Shown here: positions 37,443 through 48,051 of the stretch, one piece after another
Position numbering within the stretch: position 1 is the stretch's first letter
Layout: each line of letters opens with the position of its first letter
Assembly: GCA_963665615.2 (NCBI GenBank)
Contig: CAXXQE010000007.1
Location: 62,001 to 126,000 of the forward strand
Origin: Syntrophales bacterium
Lineage (GTDB): Bacteria; Desulfobacterota; Syntrophia; Syntrophales; UBA4778
DNA: 64,000 nucleotides
Reading direction: 5' to 3'
Notes under the pieces: generated by a model
What the model was told of the DNA's origin: nothing
Seen by the model: the letters and a program-made list of their open reading frames with translations, nothing else
Database searches by the model: none
Translations under genes and position numbers: made by a program

Positions 37443-37676
37443 ATGGACGAGGCAGTCCGTCGACTCTATTTAAAGGCAGGCGACCACGTCATTCATCTGC
37501 AATTTCCGGAGTGGGGCGAGGGGGTCGTCAGCGAGGAACGCAATTCCATGCTTTCTGGCGGCATGTCCTTCGTGAGGATTGTTTTTCGGGACGGGCAAAC
37601 AAGGGTCTTTGATAATAATTTCGATAACGCCTGCTGCTGTTACTATTCCGGTATTCGCAAGTGCCGGGATCTTTAA
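37443..37676 (+). CDS. Small SH3-like protein (DUF3553-like)
   Basis: RBS gaggtg; GDHVIH...PEWGEGVV; C-terminal CCCYYSG. Confidence 0.65.
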   Translation: MDEAVRRLYLKAGDHVIHLQFPEWGEGVVSEERNSMLSGGMSFVRIVFRDGQTRVFDNNFDNACCCYYSGIRKCRDL

Positions 37677-37727
37677 GCGGATAGACACGCGCTGATTGCG
37701 GCATCTCTTTGTCGCAGCGAAGTCCCC

Positions 37728-38651
37728 ATGGAAAAAGCGATCAGAGAATTCGAGCGTTACATTGAGTTGAAGGATTATTCAGCCCACACTCGGAGAAATT
37801 ACATCTCCGATTTGATGCAGTTCAGCGCCTTTTTGGAAAGCCATCGCATTTCCGTCGGGACGGATCAGGGAACGATTCATATCGATCCGGATGTCGTCCG
37901 CACCTTTCTGGAAGTCCTTTACAGCCAGCGGGTCACGAAGGCGACGATCATGCGGAAAATGGCGGCGTTGAGAAGTCTCTTCAAGTACCTGGTCCGGGAA
38001 GGACGGATGGACTTCAATCCCGCAGAGATGGTTCAGACGCCCAAGATCGAAAAGCATATCCCCGTGGTGTTGCCGATTGAGGAAATGACGGCGTTGCTCG
38101 ATGTCCCCTTTGCCGATGATGTCTACGGCCGGCGGGATCGTGCGATGATCGAACTGCTATATTCATCCGGCATTCGCGTCAACGAGCTTGCCGGTCTGGA
38201 TGTGGACGATATCGATGTCCGTCAGGGTCTGATCAAGGTTCGGGGAAAGGGAAAGAAGGAGCGCATCGTTCCTGTCGGAGAGCCGGCGCTCGCCGCGTTT
38301 GCCGCATACATGAACAAACGTGCTGTGTTACTGACAAAGGCGTTAACCCGGTCGGACGGCTATCCGGTTTTTCTGGGGCATACCGGTGGACGCCTGACGA
38401 CGCGCAGTATCGGGCGGATCATCGACAAGTACATCCGGATCGCCGGTGTGCGCAAAAAGATCAGTCCTCATACGCTGCGCCACACTTTTGCGACGCATCT
38501 GATGGAGGGTGGCGCAGACCTCCGGGTGATTCAGGAGCTGCTGGGACACGAAAGCCTGTCCACAACGCAGCGCTATACGTCGATCAGCGCTCAAAGGCTC
38601 ATGGACGTTTACGATCAGGCGCATCCGAAGGCCAAACTGAAAAAAGGATGA
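37728..38651 (+). CDS. xerC: Tyrosine recombinase XerC
   Basis: LLYSSGIRVNE, GKGKKER, HTLRHTFATH, LLGHESLSTTQRYT; xerC-hslVU synteny. Confidence 0.92.
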   Translation: MEKAIREFERYIELKDYSAHTRRNYISDLMQFSAFLESHRISVGTDQGTIHIDPDVVRTFLEVLYSQRVTKATIMRKMAALRSLFKYLVREGRMDFNPAEMVQTPKIEKHIPVVLPIEEMTALLDVPFADDVYGRRDRAMIELLYSSGIRVNELAGLDVDDIDVRQGLIKVRGKGKKERIVPVGEPALAAFAAYMNKRAVLLTKALTRSDGYPVFLGHTGGRLTTRSIGRIIDKYIRIAGVRKKISPHTLRHTFATHLMEGGADLRVIQELLGHESLSTTQRYTSISAQRLMDVYDQAHPKAKLKKG

Positions 38652-38657
38652 GACGAC

Positions 38658-39260
38658 ATGAAAATCAGAAGCACTACCATTCTGGCGGTTCGACGCAACG
38701 GCCAAGTCGCCGTAGCGGGAGACGGTCAGGTGACTCTCGATACCACGATTATGAAGCAGGGGGCGCGCAAAGTCCGCCGATTGTATCACAACAATGTGAT
38801 CGTCGGTTTTGCGGGTGCCACTGCGGATGCTTTTACTCTTTTTGAGCGCTTCGATCAGAAGCTCGAACAGTATGCGGGCAATCTGCTGCGTGCCGCCGTT
38901 GAATTGACGAAGGACTGGCGAACCGATCGGGTCTTGCGGCATCTGGAAGCCCTGATGATTGCCGTCAGTCTGGATTACGCCCTCATTATCTCCGGAAACG
39001 GCGATATTATCGAGTCCGACGACGAGGTGATGGCCATCGGCTCCGGCGGCCCTTACGCGCTCGCCGCGGCTCGCGCCATGATAAAATATTCAGACCTCAC
39101 GGCGGTCCAGATCGCCGAGGAGGCCCTGAAGATTGCGTCCGGAATTTGCATTTACACCAACGACAACATCACGCTGGAGGAGCTTGACGAATCGCAGGAA
39201 GCCCCAGGTCCGAAGACGCGCAAAACCGGTGCGAAAAAAGACAGAGGTCAGCAGGCATGA
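38658..39260 (+). CDS. hslV: ATP-dependent protease peptidase subunit
   Basis: [26 protein letters not shown]. Confidence 0.97.
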   Translation: MKIRSTTILAVRRNGQVAVAGDGQVTLDTTIMKQGARKVRRLYHNNVIVGFAGATADAFTLFERFDQKLEQYAGNLLRAAVELTKDWRTDRVLRHLEALMIAVSLDYALIISGNGDIIESDDEVMAIGSGGPYALAAARAMIKYSDLTAVQIAEEALKIASGICIYTNDNITLEELDESQEAPGPKTRKTGAKKDRGQQA

Positions 39261-40636
39261 CAAAGGATAATCTGACGCCCAAGGAAATTGTGGCGGAGCT
39301 GGACAAATACATTGTCGGGCAGGCAGAGGCGAAGCGGGCTGTAGCCATCGCCCTCAGGAACCGGTGGCGACGGCAAAACGTCTCCGAAGAGATGATGGAA
39401 GAAATCGCGCCGAAGAACATCATCATGATGGGTCCGACCGGCGTGGGAAAGACAGAGATTGCCCGGAGACTTGCCAAGATCGATAAATCGCCCTTTCTGA
39501 AAGTCGAGGCTTCCAAGTTCACCGAAGTCGGCTATGTCGGACGTGACGTTGAATCGATGATCCGCGATCTGGTGGATCTGGCAGTTAACATGGCCCGAAC
39601 CGAAGAGCAGGAAAACGTCTTGGCCAAGGCAAAGGAAAATGCCGAAGAGCGGATCCTTGACATCCTCTATCCCATTAAACACGCTGATAGTGAAGAGGAG
39701 CAGCGATACAGCGATCGGCCTGACTTTCAGGAGGAACCGGGATCGCAGTCGGCGACCAGGGAGAAGATGCGGAAACTCCTCCGTGAGGGAAAGCTCGATG
39801 AACGTCTTGTGGAGATCGATGTTTCCGATACCAGCGCTCCGCCCATGCCGATGATCGAGGTCTTCAGTTCCTCGGGCGTTGAAGATATGGGGACCAACCT
39901 CAAGGAGATGTTGAGCAACATTTTCCCGCAGAAGAAAAAGAGGAAGAAGGTCAAGGTGCCGGAGGCCATGGAGTATCTGATTCAGGAAGAGGCCCATCGC
40001 CTGGTCGATATGGAAAAGGTAACGCGCACTGCTCTCGAACGTGTCGAACAGTCCGGGATCATCTTTCTCGACGAGATCGACAAGATTGTCGGCAGCGATA
40101 CGCCTCACGGACCGGATGTGTCGCGCGAAGGCGTACAGCGCGATCTGCTACCGATCGTTGAGGGCTCGACGGTGAACAGCAAGTACGGCATGGTTGCGAC
40201 CGACCATATCCTCTTCATCGCCGCCGGCGCCTTTAGCACGACAAAACCTGCGGACCTCATTCCCGAGTTGCAGGGACGCTTTCCCATCCGCGTAGAACTG
40301 GATTCTCTCGAAAAAGAGGACTTTATCCGAATCCTGACCGAGCCATTCAACGCCTTGACCAAGCAATACGTTGAGATGCTGGCAACCGAAGGCGTCCGGC
40401 TGGTGCTGACAGAGGACGCGATTGCCGAGATTGCCGAAGTGGCTGCCGTTGTCAACGAGCGGACGGAAAATATCGGTGCACGCCGACTCTATACGATCAT
40501 GGAAACACTGTTGGATGATATTTCCTTTGAAGCCCCCGATATGGACGGCCAGGAAGTTACTATCGATGCGGCCTACGTCAAGGAGAAGCTCGGTGATATC
40601 ATCGAAGACGAGGATCTGACGCGGTATATCCTGTAG
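39257..40636 (+). CDS. hslU: ATP-dependent protease ATPase subunit
   Basis: [26 protein letters not shown]. Confidence 0.97.
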   Translation: MTKDNLTPKEIVAELDKYIVGQAEAKRAVAIALRNRWRRQNVSEEMMEEIAPKNIIMMGPTGVGKTEIARRLAKIDKSPFLKVEASKFTEVGYVGRDVESMIRDLVDLAVNMARTEEQENVLAKAKENAEERILDILYPIKHADSEEEQRYSDRPDFQEEPGSQSATREKMRKLLREGKLDERLVEIDVSDTSAPPMPMIEVFSSSGVEDMGTNLKEMLSNIFPQKKKRKKVKVPEAMEYLIQEEAHRLVDMEKVTRTALERVEQSGIIFLDEIDKIVGSDTPHGPDVSREGVQRDLLPIVEGSTVNSKYGMVATDHILFIAAGAFSTTKPADLIPELQGRFPIRVELDSLEKEDFIRILTEPFNALTKQYVEMLATEGVRLVLTEDAIAEIAEVAAVVNERTENIGARRLYTIMETLLDDISFEAPDMDGQEVTIDAAYVKEKLGDIIEDEDLTRYIL

Positions 40637-40656
40637 CCGACAGGAAAATCTTTAAG

Positions 40657-40694
40657 TATAAAGGCAGAGCGCCGAAGGGTTCTCTGCCTTTATA
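40657..40694. terminator. Terminator hairpin after hslU
   Basis: Perfect 13-bp inverted repeat tataaaggcagag / ctctgcctttata. Confidence 0.7.
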
Positions 40695-40706
40695 AATCCA
40701 TTCTTC

Positions 40707-40734
40707 TTGACAGTCCGCGCTTTTCCCATATACT
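40707..40734 (+). promoter_or_regulatory. Putative sigma70 promoter
   Basis: TTGACA-16 bp-TATACT upstream of the acyl-CoA ligase. Confidence 0.55.
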
Positions 40735-40787
40735 CCCATCGCAATAAATGTTTCATTATATAAAAGACGATCCAGGTTAGCGGACTC

Positions 40788-42704
40788 ATGAAATCACTCA
40801 TCCGATTTTTTGAAGAGAGCGTCGAGAAATACGGCGACAATGTTTATCTCTGGGAGATGCCGGAGGATCACTATGTGGGGACTACGTACCGTGAAGCGCG
40901 GCAGCAGGTCCGCGACTTCGCCGCCGGATTGATGGCGCTCGGCATTGAAAAAGGAGACCGGATCGGCCTCATATCGGAAGGGCGCAACAGCTGGGTGATC
41001 GGCGAAATGGGCATTCTGCATGCTGGAGCGATCAGCGTTCCGTTATCGACAAAGCTGCATGCGGAGGAGGTCAAGTTCAGGATCAACCATTCCGAATCCC
41101 GGATGATCATCGTTTCATCATTGCAGGCCGCTAAAGTTAAAGAGGTTCTAAAGGATTGCCCGGCGCTTGAAAAAATCATTTATCTCGATTCTCAAAAAAC
41201 ATATTTGCCCAATGAAATTTATTTTGACGATGTCAAGCAGTTGGGAAGACGTTGGCTGGAGAATCCCGCCAACGGTATAGCATTCGACGCGATCAGCCAA
41301 GGCGTTTTGCCTTCCGATCCGGCCAATATCTGTTATACATCCGGAACCTCGGCCGATCCCAAGGGGATTGTTCTCTCTCACGGCAATTATGTGACCAATG
41401 TCTACCAGGCTTTGAGTTTGATGGATATTCCGCAGGCTTATAAAACGCTCTTGATTCTGCCTTGGGATCACTCCTTCGGACATACATGCGGCATTTACAC
41501 CTTTATGGCAGCGGGGGCCAGCCTGGCCTCAGTCAAGACGGGGAAGACCTCGGTGGCGACCCTCCGGAATTTGTCCGTCTGCATGAAAGCGATCAAGCCG
41601 AACCTGATCATGAGCGTTCCGGCAATTGCCAAGAATTTCAGAAAAAATATTGAAAAGGGCATCAAGGACAGGGGCGGGTTGACAGAGCGTCTCTTCAATC
41701 ATGCCCTGAAGATCGCATACGCTTACAACAAGGAAGGGTGGAACAAGGGACGGGGCCTGACAAAACTCTATAAGCCCTTGCTGCTCCTCTACGACAGGCT
41801 TTTCTTTGCGAAGGTCCGTGAGGCCTATGGCGGCGAGCTTGACTGTTTCATTGGCGGCGGCGCCCTGCTCGATATCGAGTTGCAGCGATTCTTCTATGCA
41901 CTGGGCATTCCCATGTTTCAGGGGTATGGACTGAGCGAAGCCGCGCCTGTTATATCCTCTAATTCGATGGATAGACACCGTTTGGGATCGTCCGGGGTGC
42001 TCGTCAGCAATCTGGCATTGAAAATCTGCGACGGCGAGGGCAATGAACTGCAGCCGGGAGAGAAAGGCGAAATCGTGATTCGGGGCGGGAACATCATGCT
42101 CGGCTACTGGAAAAACGAGGCGGCTACGAGAGAGGCGATTCGAGACGGTTGGCTCCACACCGGGGATATGGGTTACATCACGGACGACGGCTATCTATAT
42201 GTTCTGGGACGCTTCAAGAGTCTCTTGATTGCTGACGACGGTGAAAAATTCAGTCCCGAAGGCATCGAAGAGGCGATAACCGAACAGTCACCGTTTATTG
42301 ATCAGCTCATGCTGTACAACAACCAGAAACCGTATACAGTGGCGCTGCTCGTCCCCAATCGGCCCGCGCTTAAAGCGTATCTCAGGGAAAAAAATCTGAC
42401 GGGCGATGCGGACGCGGCAAGCAAGGCCGTTCTTGAACTGATTGAACGTGAATTGGCGGAATACGGCGCCGGCGGCAGGTTCGGGAATATATTCCCACCG
42501 CGTTGGCTGCCTTCGGCCGTTGCTATTCTTGAGGACGGTTTTACAGAAGAAAACGGTTTGATGAACTCCACGCTAAAGATTGTCCGGGGGAAAATCATCG
42601 ATCGATACCAGAAACTGATCGACGATCTGTATACCCCTGAGGCGAAGAATTTTGCCAACAAGAGAAACAGACTCGCCATAGACCGGTTACTGCATCCAGC
42701 CTAA
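40788..42704 (+). CDS. Long-chain fatty-acid CoA ligase (AMP-binding)
   Basis: YTSGTSADPKG, QGYGLSE, GWLHTGD. Confidence 0.9.
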   Translation: MKSLIRFFEESVEKYGDNVYLWEMPEDHYVGTTYREARQQVRDFAAGLMALGIEKGDRIGLISEGRNSWVIGEMGILHAGAISVPLSTKLHAEEVKFRINHSESRMIIVSSLQAAKVKEVLKDCPALEKIIYLDSQKTYLPNEIYFDDVKQLGRRWLENPANGIAFDAISQGVLPSDPANICYTSGTSADPKGIVLSHGNYVTNVYQALSLMDIPQAYKTLLILPWDHSFGHTCGIYTFMAAGASLASVKTGKTSVATLRNLSVCMKAIKPNLIMSVPAIAKNFRKNIEKGIKDRGGLTERLFNHALKIAYAYNKEGWNKGRGLTKLYKPLLLLYDRLFFAKVREAYGGELDCFIGGGALLDIELQRFFYALGIPMFQGYGLSEAAPVISSNSMDRHRLGSSGVLVSNLALKICDGEGNELQPGEKGEIVIRGGNIMLGYWKNEAATREAIRDGWLHTGDMGYITDDGYLYVLGRFKSLLIADDGEKFSPEGIEEAITEQSPFIDQLMLYNNQKPYTVALLVPNRPALKAYLREKNLTGDADAASKAVLELIERELAEYGAGGRFGNIFPPRWLPSAVAILEDGFTEENGLMNSTLKIVRGKIIDRYQKLIDDLYTPEAKNFANKRNRLAIDRLLHPA

Positions 42705-42958
42705 ATCCCTGATTCGCACCATATCGGCATGCTGCTGACCGGTTGGGTCCATTGTCCTGGCGATCTTGATTCCCGCTCATGCATTCAATCCTTGCAGGCG
42801 GCGTCTGCTCAGGCTATGGCCGCGGCGCTACCACAAAATAATCTAAAAAGTCAATACGTTATTGACAATATTGGCCTCCGCTTTTCAATAAAAAAACTTT
42901 GCGTCACCGCTGACTTTGCGTTAATACAAAACAGCTTGATCGGCTTGAAAGTGATGCC

Positions 42959-43846
42959 ATGAAGACAGCCATTGAAGATTTCCTGAGATTTATGGCCTTA
43001 GAAAAGGGGGCTTCGCCCCATACGCTGGAGGCCTACCGGCGAGATCTGACCAAATATGCTCAGTTTATGACCAACCGGGGCATTGAGCAACTGAAGGGGA
43101 TCGGTACGGGGGAAATCCTCGCTTTTTTTTGGGAAATCAAGCAGGACGGGCTTAAGGCGACGTCCTCGAACCGCCAGCTGGCCACGTTACGTAGCTTCTA
43201 CAAGTATCTTCTGCAGCGAAAGCTGCTGACGGATAATCCGGTGGCCCGGATCGATCCCGTCAAAGTCTGGATGCAGATCCCGGATACGCTGAGCAGGCAG
43301 GAGATGGAAGATCTTCTGAAGCAGCCCGATACACGGCAGCCGAGCGGCGTTCGCGACCGGACGATGTTGGAGCTCATGTATGCCACGGGCATTCGGGTGT
43401 CCGAGTTGATTGCACTGACTGTCAACGATATCAACTGGCAAGTCGGCTATCTCATTGCGATGGGCAAAGGGCGTAAAGAGCGCATCGTGCCGATTGGCCA
43501 GGTGGCCTTACGATACCTGACTGAGTATATGGATGCCGTTCGACCCGGTTTGGCAAAAAGTGCACCGGTCCAAACCGTCTTTCTGAATCGTTTTGGGAAA
43601 GGTCTGACACGTCAAGGTTTCTGGAAGATTGTCAAGGGATATGCCGAGCGGGCAGGGATAGCGAACAAGGTGCATCCGCATACCTTCCGACATTCGTTTG
43701 CGACGCATCTGCTCGAAGGTGGAGCGGATCTGCGGGCGGTCCAGGCGATGTTGGGCCATGCCGATATCGCCACAACCCAGGTCTATACCCATGTGACCCG
43801 GAAGCGACTGAAGGAGATCCACAAGAAATATCATCCCAGGGGATAA
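42959..43846 (+). CDS. xerD: Tyrosine recombinase XerD
   Basis: LMYATGIRVSEL, LTRQGFWK, HPHTFRHSFATH, TTQVYTHV, HPRG. Confidence 0.94.
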   Translation: MKTAIEDFLRFMALEKGASPHTLEAYRRDLTKYAQFMTNRGIEQLKGIGTGEILAFFWEIKQDGLKATSSNRQLATLRSFYKYLLQRKLLTDNPVARIDPVKVWMQIPDTLSRQEMEDLLKQPDTRQPSGVRDRTMLELMYATGIRVSELIALTVNDINWQVGYLIAMGKGRKERIVPIGQVALRYLTEYMDAVRPGLAKSAPVQTVFLNRFGKGLTRQGFWKIVKGYAERAGIANKVHPHTFRHSFATHLLEGGADLRAVQAMLGHADIATTQVYTHVTRKRLKEIHKKYHPRG

Positions 43847-43852
43847 GGTTCC

Positions 43853-45853
43853 ATGGATTACTATAAATCGCGCGAAACGCTTCATGGCGAGGTTGAACGT
43901 CGAAGGCGTTTGCGACGCACGATGCTTGTTACGGGAATTTCCCTCTTTATTCTGATCGTTGTGATTGCGTCGGTACATTTCTGGTACCAGTCTCAGGAAG
44001 ACGTGGTAATGGAACCGAAAACAGAGGGACGTTCGGTGTCCGCGGTCACGCATGCCGAACGCGGCACCCCCAATCTCTTCCAGCGGCTGGCGGTTTCGCT
44101 CAGTGGCCGGACGCCGCAGGTTTACTCTGTCCTTGTCGAGAAGAATGGCGGCGACGTGATTCTGAAGCCGGACGAACCCTTCGAGGTGACATACCGGGAT
44201 GAGTTTGTCGTCAAGCAGATCGTGACGGATGCATTTTTCACGAGCGGCATTTCGGCCCGGATCGAAGGAGACGGGACGCCGATCAGCGGCCGCATGATCG
44301 TAAAGGGAGTCGATCTCGTGAATCGATTGATGAAGGCGCAATCCGAGGGAGGGAAACACCCGCAAGGCCCTGACTATCGCCTCATCATCCGTTATGATGA
44401 AAAAACGATCGCTGTTTATCCCTTTCGCGTTGTTATTTCCGGTCAAGACTGGCTGCGGGCGGCACAAGCCGATCCGTCCGGCTCGTCCGAGCAGATTGTC
44501 TCTCTCAAAAGGGCCCTTGCATCAAACCCGCAGGACGTTGAAGTACGGCGCCTCCTGGCAGCGGCCTATGTCAAAAAAGGACAAACGGAGCAGGCCATCG
44601 GCGAGTACCAACTCATTTTGAGGTCGAGGCCAGACGACATGCGTTCTCTGGTCGCGCTGGCCTCGCTGCTTATGGAGGCGAAGCGCTATGGCGAGGCTTT
44701 GCCGCTGTATCAGAAAATCATTTCCCGCGATTCAAGGGACAGCGCGGCTTACGCCAATGCGGGACTTGCCGCTTCTCGGCTCGAGCGGTGGAAGGAGGCG
44801 GCGGCCTATTACAAGGAATCGCTGAGGATCAAGCCGGATAACGCCGCCGTTGTGCTTCGGCTTGCGGAGGCGCAACGGCGGGCCGGCAATTCCGGTCAGG
44901 CTGCAGCTCACTACGAGGCGTATCTCAAGAAGCATCCGAACGATTTAGATACGCTTGCTGCGCTCGGCGACATTTACATGAAACAGAAGCGCTATGGAGA
45001 AGCCGTGGAGATCTTTAAAAAGGCAGTCTCCGTCAAAGGGGGCGATCCCGTGCTTCACTATAATCTGGCGTGGGCATTGTCTTCAGCAAAGCAAAATGAA
45101 GAGGCCATTACTGAGTACGGAAAGGTGCTGAAGTTGGCTCCCGCTGATCGCGACGCCCGCATCGACCTGGCGCAGCTCTACGTTCAGGAAAAGCATTATG
45201 ACAAGGCGACCGAGCAGTTCCAGAAAGTCCTCAAAGATGCTCGGGGTCTCTCCAGGGAAAAAATGGCGATCGTCCATGCCGGACTTGGGTATGCCTACGG
45301 AGAACTCAAGGACTACTCAAAATCGACCCTGCATTACGAGAAAGCCGTTGCTCTGGGTCTAAAAGATCCGACTGTTCTCAAGAATCTCAAGGCGGTGCGG
45401 GCAAAATCCGGAGATAAATCTCTCGATGTCGAGCACACAGAGAACGTGAGCGTTAAGGATAAGCGTGTTCAGAAACTGGTCCGATCGGCCGAGGACTATA
45501 TTCGCCAGAAAAAATATGATAAGGCGTTGGTCGTCTATCGGAAGATAACGCAGTTGAGCACCGGAAGAGCAGAGGGGTACGTGGGGATGGGACGGGCATA
45601 CGGTCTCCAGGGCAATGTGGAGAAGGAAATCGACAATTACCGAATTGCCCTGACGGTAGGGGGTGACAAGGACGACCGGGTGTATCTTCTGCTGGGCGAG
45701 GCCTATGAACGCAGAGGGCGTTACGCCTTGGCCTTGGAGGCATACAAGGCGGCGTATGAGAAAAATGCCGATTCACCGGCAGCCGGTAAAATTCCCGCGC
45801 TGAAAATCAAGATGATTCAACAAAAGTATGATAGAAACGCCGCAAAGAACTGA
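43853..45853 (+). CDS. Membrane-anchored multi-TPR protein
   Basis: N-terminal TM; many 34-aa TPR units. Confidence 0.85.
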   Translation: MDYYKSRETLHGEVERRRRLRRTMLVTGISLFILIVVIASVHFWYQSQEDVVMEPKTEGRSVSAVTHAERGTPNLFQRLAVSLSGRTPQVYSVLVEKNGGDVILKPDEPFEVTYRDEFVVKQIVTDAFFTSGISARIEGDGTPISGRMIVKGVDLVNRLMKAQSEGGKHPQGPDYRLIIRYDEKTIAVYPFRVVISGQDWLRAAQADPSGSSEQIVSLKRALASNPQDVEVRRLLAAAYVKKGQTEQAIGEYQLILRSRPDDMRSLVALASLLMEAKRYGEALPLYQKIISRDSRDSAAYANAGLAASRLERWKEAAAYYKESLRIKPDNAAVVLRLAEAQRRAGNSGQAAAHYEAYLKKHPNDLDTLAALGDIYMKQKRYGEAVEIFKKAVSVKGGDPVLHYNLAWALSSAKQNEEAITEYGKVLKLAPADRDARIDLAQLYVQEKHYDKATEQFQKVLKDARGLSREKMAIVHAGLGYAYGELKDYSKSTLHYEKAVALGLKDPTVLKNLKAVRAKSGDKSLDVEHTENVSVKDKRVQKLVRSAEDYIRQKKYDKALVVYRKITQLSTGRAEGYVGMGRAYGLQGNVEKEIDNYRIALTVGGDKDDRVYLLLGEAYERRGRYALALEAYKAAYEKNADSPAAGKIPALKIKMIQQKYDRNAAKN

Positions 45854-45867
45854 ATACAGAAAAAACG

Positions 45868-46701
45868 ATGATGGAGAGGACAATGCATCAGATTGGATTG
45901 AGGGATTTTGTGATCGGCGGCAATGCACCCATGGTGCTGATCGCCGGTCCCTGTGTGATTGAAAGTCGGGAGATGGCGATTGAAACGGCATTTGCTTTAA
46001 AGGAGACGGCCCGGGAAATCGGCGTGCCCTATATTTTCAAGGCATCCTATGACAAGGCCAATCGCTCGTCCGTCAAGTCATTCCGGGGACCGGGGCTGAA
46101 AGACGGTCTGGCGATCCTGGGGGAGGTGCGCCAGAGATGTGATGTGCCGGTGCTTTCGGACGTGCATCGCTTCGAAGAAATCGACGATGCTGCTGCTACG
46201 CTTGATATCCTGCAGATCCCCGCTTTTCTCTGTCGACAGACGGATTTTTTGACGGCCGTTGCCCGTAAGGCAAAAATCATTAATATCAAAAAGGGGCAGT
46301 TTATGGCCCCTTGGGACATGGTAAACGTCATCGAAAAGGCGCGCTCGACCGGAAACGAAAATATCATCATGACTGAGCGAGGAGCGAGCTTCGGCTACAA
46401 TAATCTGGTGACGGATATTCGGGCGCTGCCCATCATGCGTGCCATGGGGTATCCGGTCGTCTTCGATGCGACGCATAGCGTCCAACTTCCAGGCGGAGCG
46501 GGCTGCGCCTCCTCCGGGGACCGGGCGATGATCCCGTATCTGTCGCGGGCCGCCGTAGCGGCTGGGGTTGACGGCATTTTCTTCGAGGTTCATCCTGACC
46601 CGGATCGGGCGAAATGCGATGGGCCCAATTCTATCGCCCTGAAGGATTTCCCGGCGCTGCTCAGGGTGTTAACCGAGATTGACGCACTAGTCAAAAAATA
46701 G
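45868..46701 (+). CDS. kdsA: KDO 8-phosphate synthase
   Basis: AGPCVIE, KANRSS, FLCRQTD, DATHSVQ. Confidence 0.96.
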   Translation: MMERTMHQIGLRDFVIGGNAPMVLIAGPCVIESREMAIETAFALKETAREIGVPYIFKASYDKANRSSVKSFRGPGLKDGLAILGEVRQRCDVPVLSDVHRFEEIDDAAATLDILQIPAFLCRQTDFLTAVARKAKIINIKKGQFMAPWDMVNVIEKARSTGNENIIMTERGASFGYNNLVTDIRALPIMRAMGYPVVFDATHSVQLPGGAGCASSGDRAMIPYLSRAAVAAGVDGIFFEVHPDPDRAKCDGPNSIALKDFPALLRVLTEIDALVKK

Positions 46702-46717
46702 GACATGGACAACCGAT

Positions 46718-47266
46718 ATGATTGATCTGCCTGATACACTGAAGGAAAAAATAAAGAGGATTACGCATCTCATTCTGGATGTCGATGGCGTCCTCACGGA
46801 CGGACGCATTATCTTCGACGACCAGGGGAGGGAACTTAAATTCTACGACGTCAAAGATGGACACGGCATCAAGATCCTGATGCGGGCGGGAATCGAGGTG
46901 ATTCTTCTGACCGGCCGGAGTTCAAACGTCGTAGACCGGCGAGCCCGCGACCTGCAGATCACCGAGGTCTATAAGGGCGCAAAAAACAAGATCGAGATTT
47001 ACGAATCGATTCTTGCCGCCAAACAACTGCGCGATGATCAGATCGCCTGCATGGGGGACGATATCGTCGATATCATGATCCTGCGGCGGTCGGGTTTTTC
47101 AGCCGCCCCCTCGGACGCATCAGATCACGTCAAGTTGATCGTGGATCTGGTGACTGAGAAGCCAGCCGGTCGGGGAGCGGTTCGGGAACTCTGCGAATTG
47201 ATTCTTCAAGTGCAGGGAAAGTGGGAGGAGGTCGTCGAGCGCTACGCCATGGATGCCCACGGGTAA
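46718..47266 (+). CDS. kdsC: KDO 8-phosphate phosphatase
   Basis: DVDGVLTDG, KDGHG, GDDIVD, GAVRE. Confidence 0.93.
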   Translation: MIDLPDTLKEKIKRITHLILDVDGVLTDGRIIFDDQGRELKFYDVKDGHGIKILMRAGIEVILLTGRSSNVVDRRARDLQITEVYKGAKNKIEIYESILAAKQLRDDQIACMGDDIVDIMILRRSGFSAAPSDASDHVKLIVDLVTEKPAGRGAVRELCELILQVQGKWEEVVERYAMDAHG

Positions 47267-47396
47267 CGAAGCGGCGAGGAGATGCGAGCGGAATTCGGAA
47301 ATGAGCAGTGCTCTTTAATCGCGCGCGCTATGCTTTAAAATATATAACACATTTAAATCATTTATTAATTAAGAATTTTATTTCCAGCCATTGGTC

Positions 47397-47425
47397 TTTA
47401 CATGAATCGTGCCAAGTGATATATA
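47397..47425 (+). promoter_or_regulatory. Putative sigma70 promoter of the lptC-lptA-lptB-rpoN operon
   Basis: TTTACA-17 bp-TATATA after an AT-rich tract. Confidence 0.5.
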
Positions 47426-47464
47426 GAAGTTGCAAGCCGCATAAACGTGTGATGAGTTGAGTAA

Positions 47465-48043
47465 TTGTCCTTGAACGATCTGCTGAAAAAAATAGCTCGG
47501 AGGAAAGTCGTTTTAGGGGTGGGGCTGCTGGCGGCGGCAGCCGTCGCGGTCACGGCGCTCCTTTATCAAGGGCACGCTCCCACTGTCAGCCGGGCGCCGT
47601 TGAAGATCATCCCGGAAAATGTGGACCTTCAGATCAATCATTTCCACTTTACCGAGGTAGGAGACCCCAACTGGAAATGGGAAATTTCGGCGAATACGGC
47701 ACGATATTTAAAAAAAATGAATATAGCGCATTTTGATCACGTCGAGATCAAAATCCTTCGTGCCGATGGCAAGAAAGTCGTCATTACCGGCAACAAGGGC
47801 GTTTTTCACACGGATACAAAGGACGCGATCGTTTCCGACGATGTCCAGGTCCGGATCGACGAAGAGAGTCTGGTTCGAACCGAACATCTGGAGTACTCTG
47901 ACAGTGAAAAGACGGTCCGGACGGGAGACGCGGTTTCCTTGACTAATCCGAGGTTGCGCATCGAGGCCAGGGGGATGATGTTTGACTTGCAGCAGCGGAA
48001 ATTATCCCTTGAAAAGAACGTCAAGGCAATCTACTCGAGATAG
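47465..48043 (+). CDS. lptC: LPS export protein LptC
   Basis: N-terminal TM, beta-rich body; position between kdsC and lptA. Confidence 0.8.
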   Translation: MSLNDLLKKIARRKVVLGVGLLAAAAVAVTALLYQGHAPTVSRAPLKIIPENVDLQINHFHFTEVGDPNWKWEISANTARYLKKMNIAHFDHVEIKILRADGKKVVITGNKGVFHTDTKDAIVSDDVQVRIDEESLVRTEHLEYSDSEKTVRTGDAVSLTNPRLRIEARGMMFDLQQRKLSLEKNVKAIYSR

Positions 48044-48051
48044 GATGAATC

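Noticed and set aside
37728..43846. XerC or XerD as the integron integrase for the attC
   Set aside because: Both have housekeeping Xer length, motifs and synteny, and lack the IntI-specific insertion.
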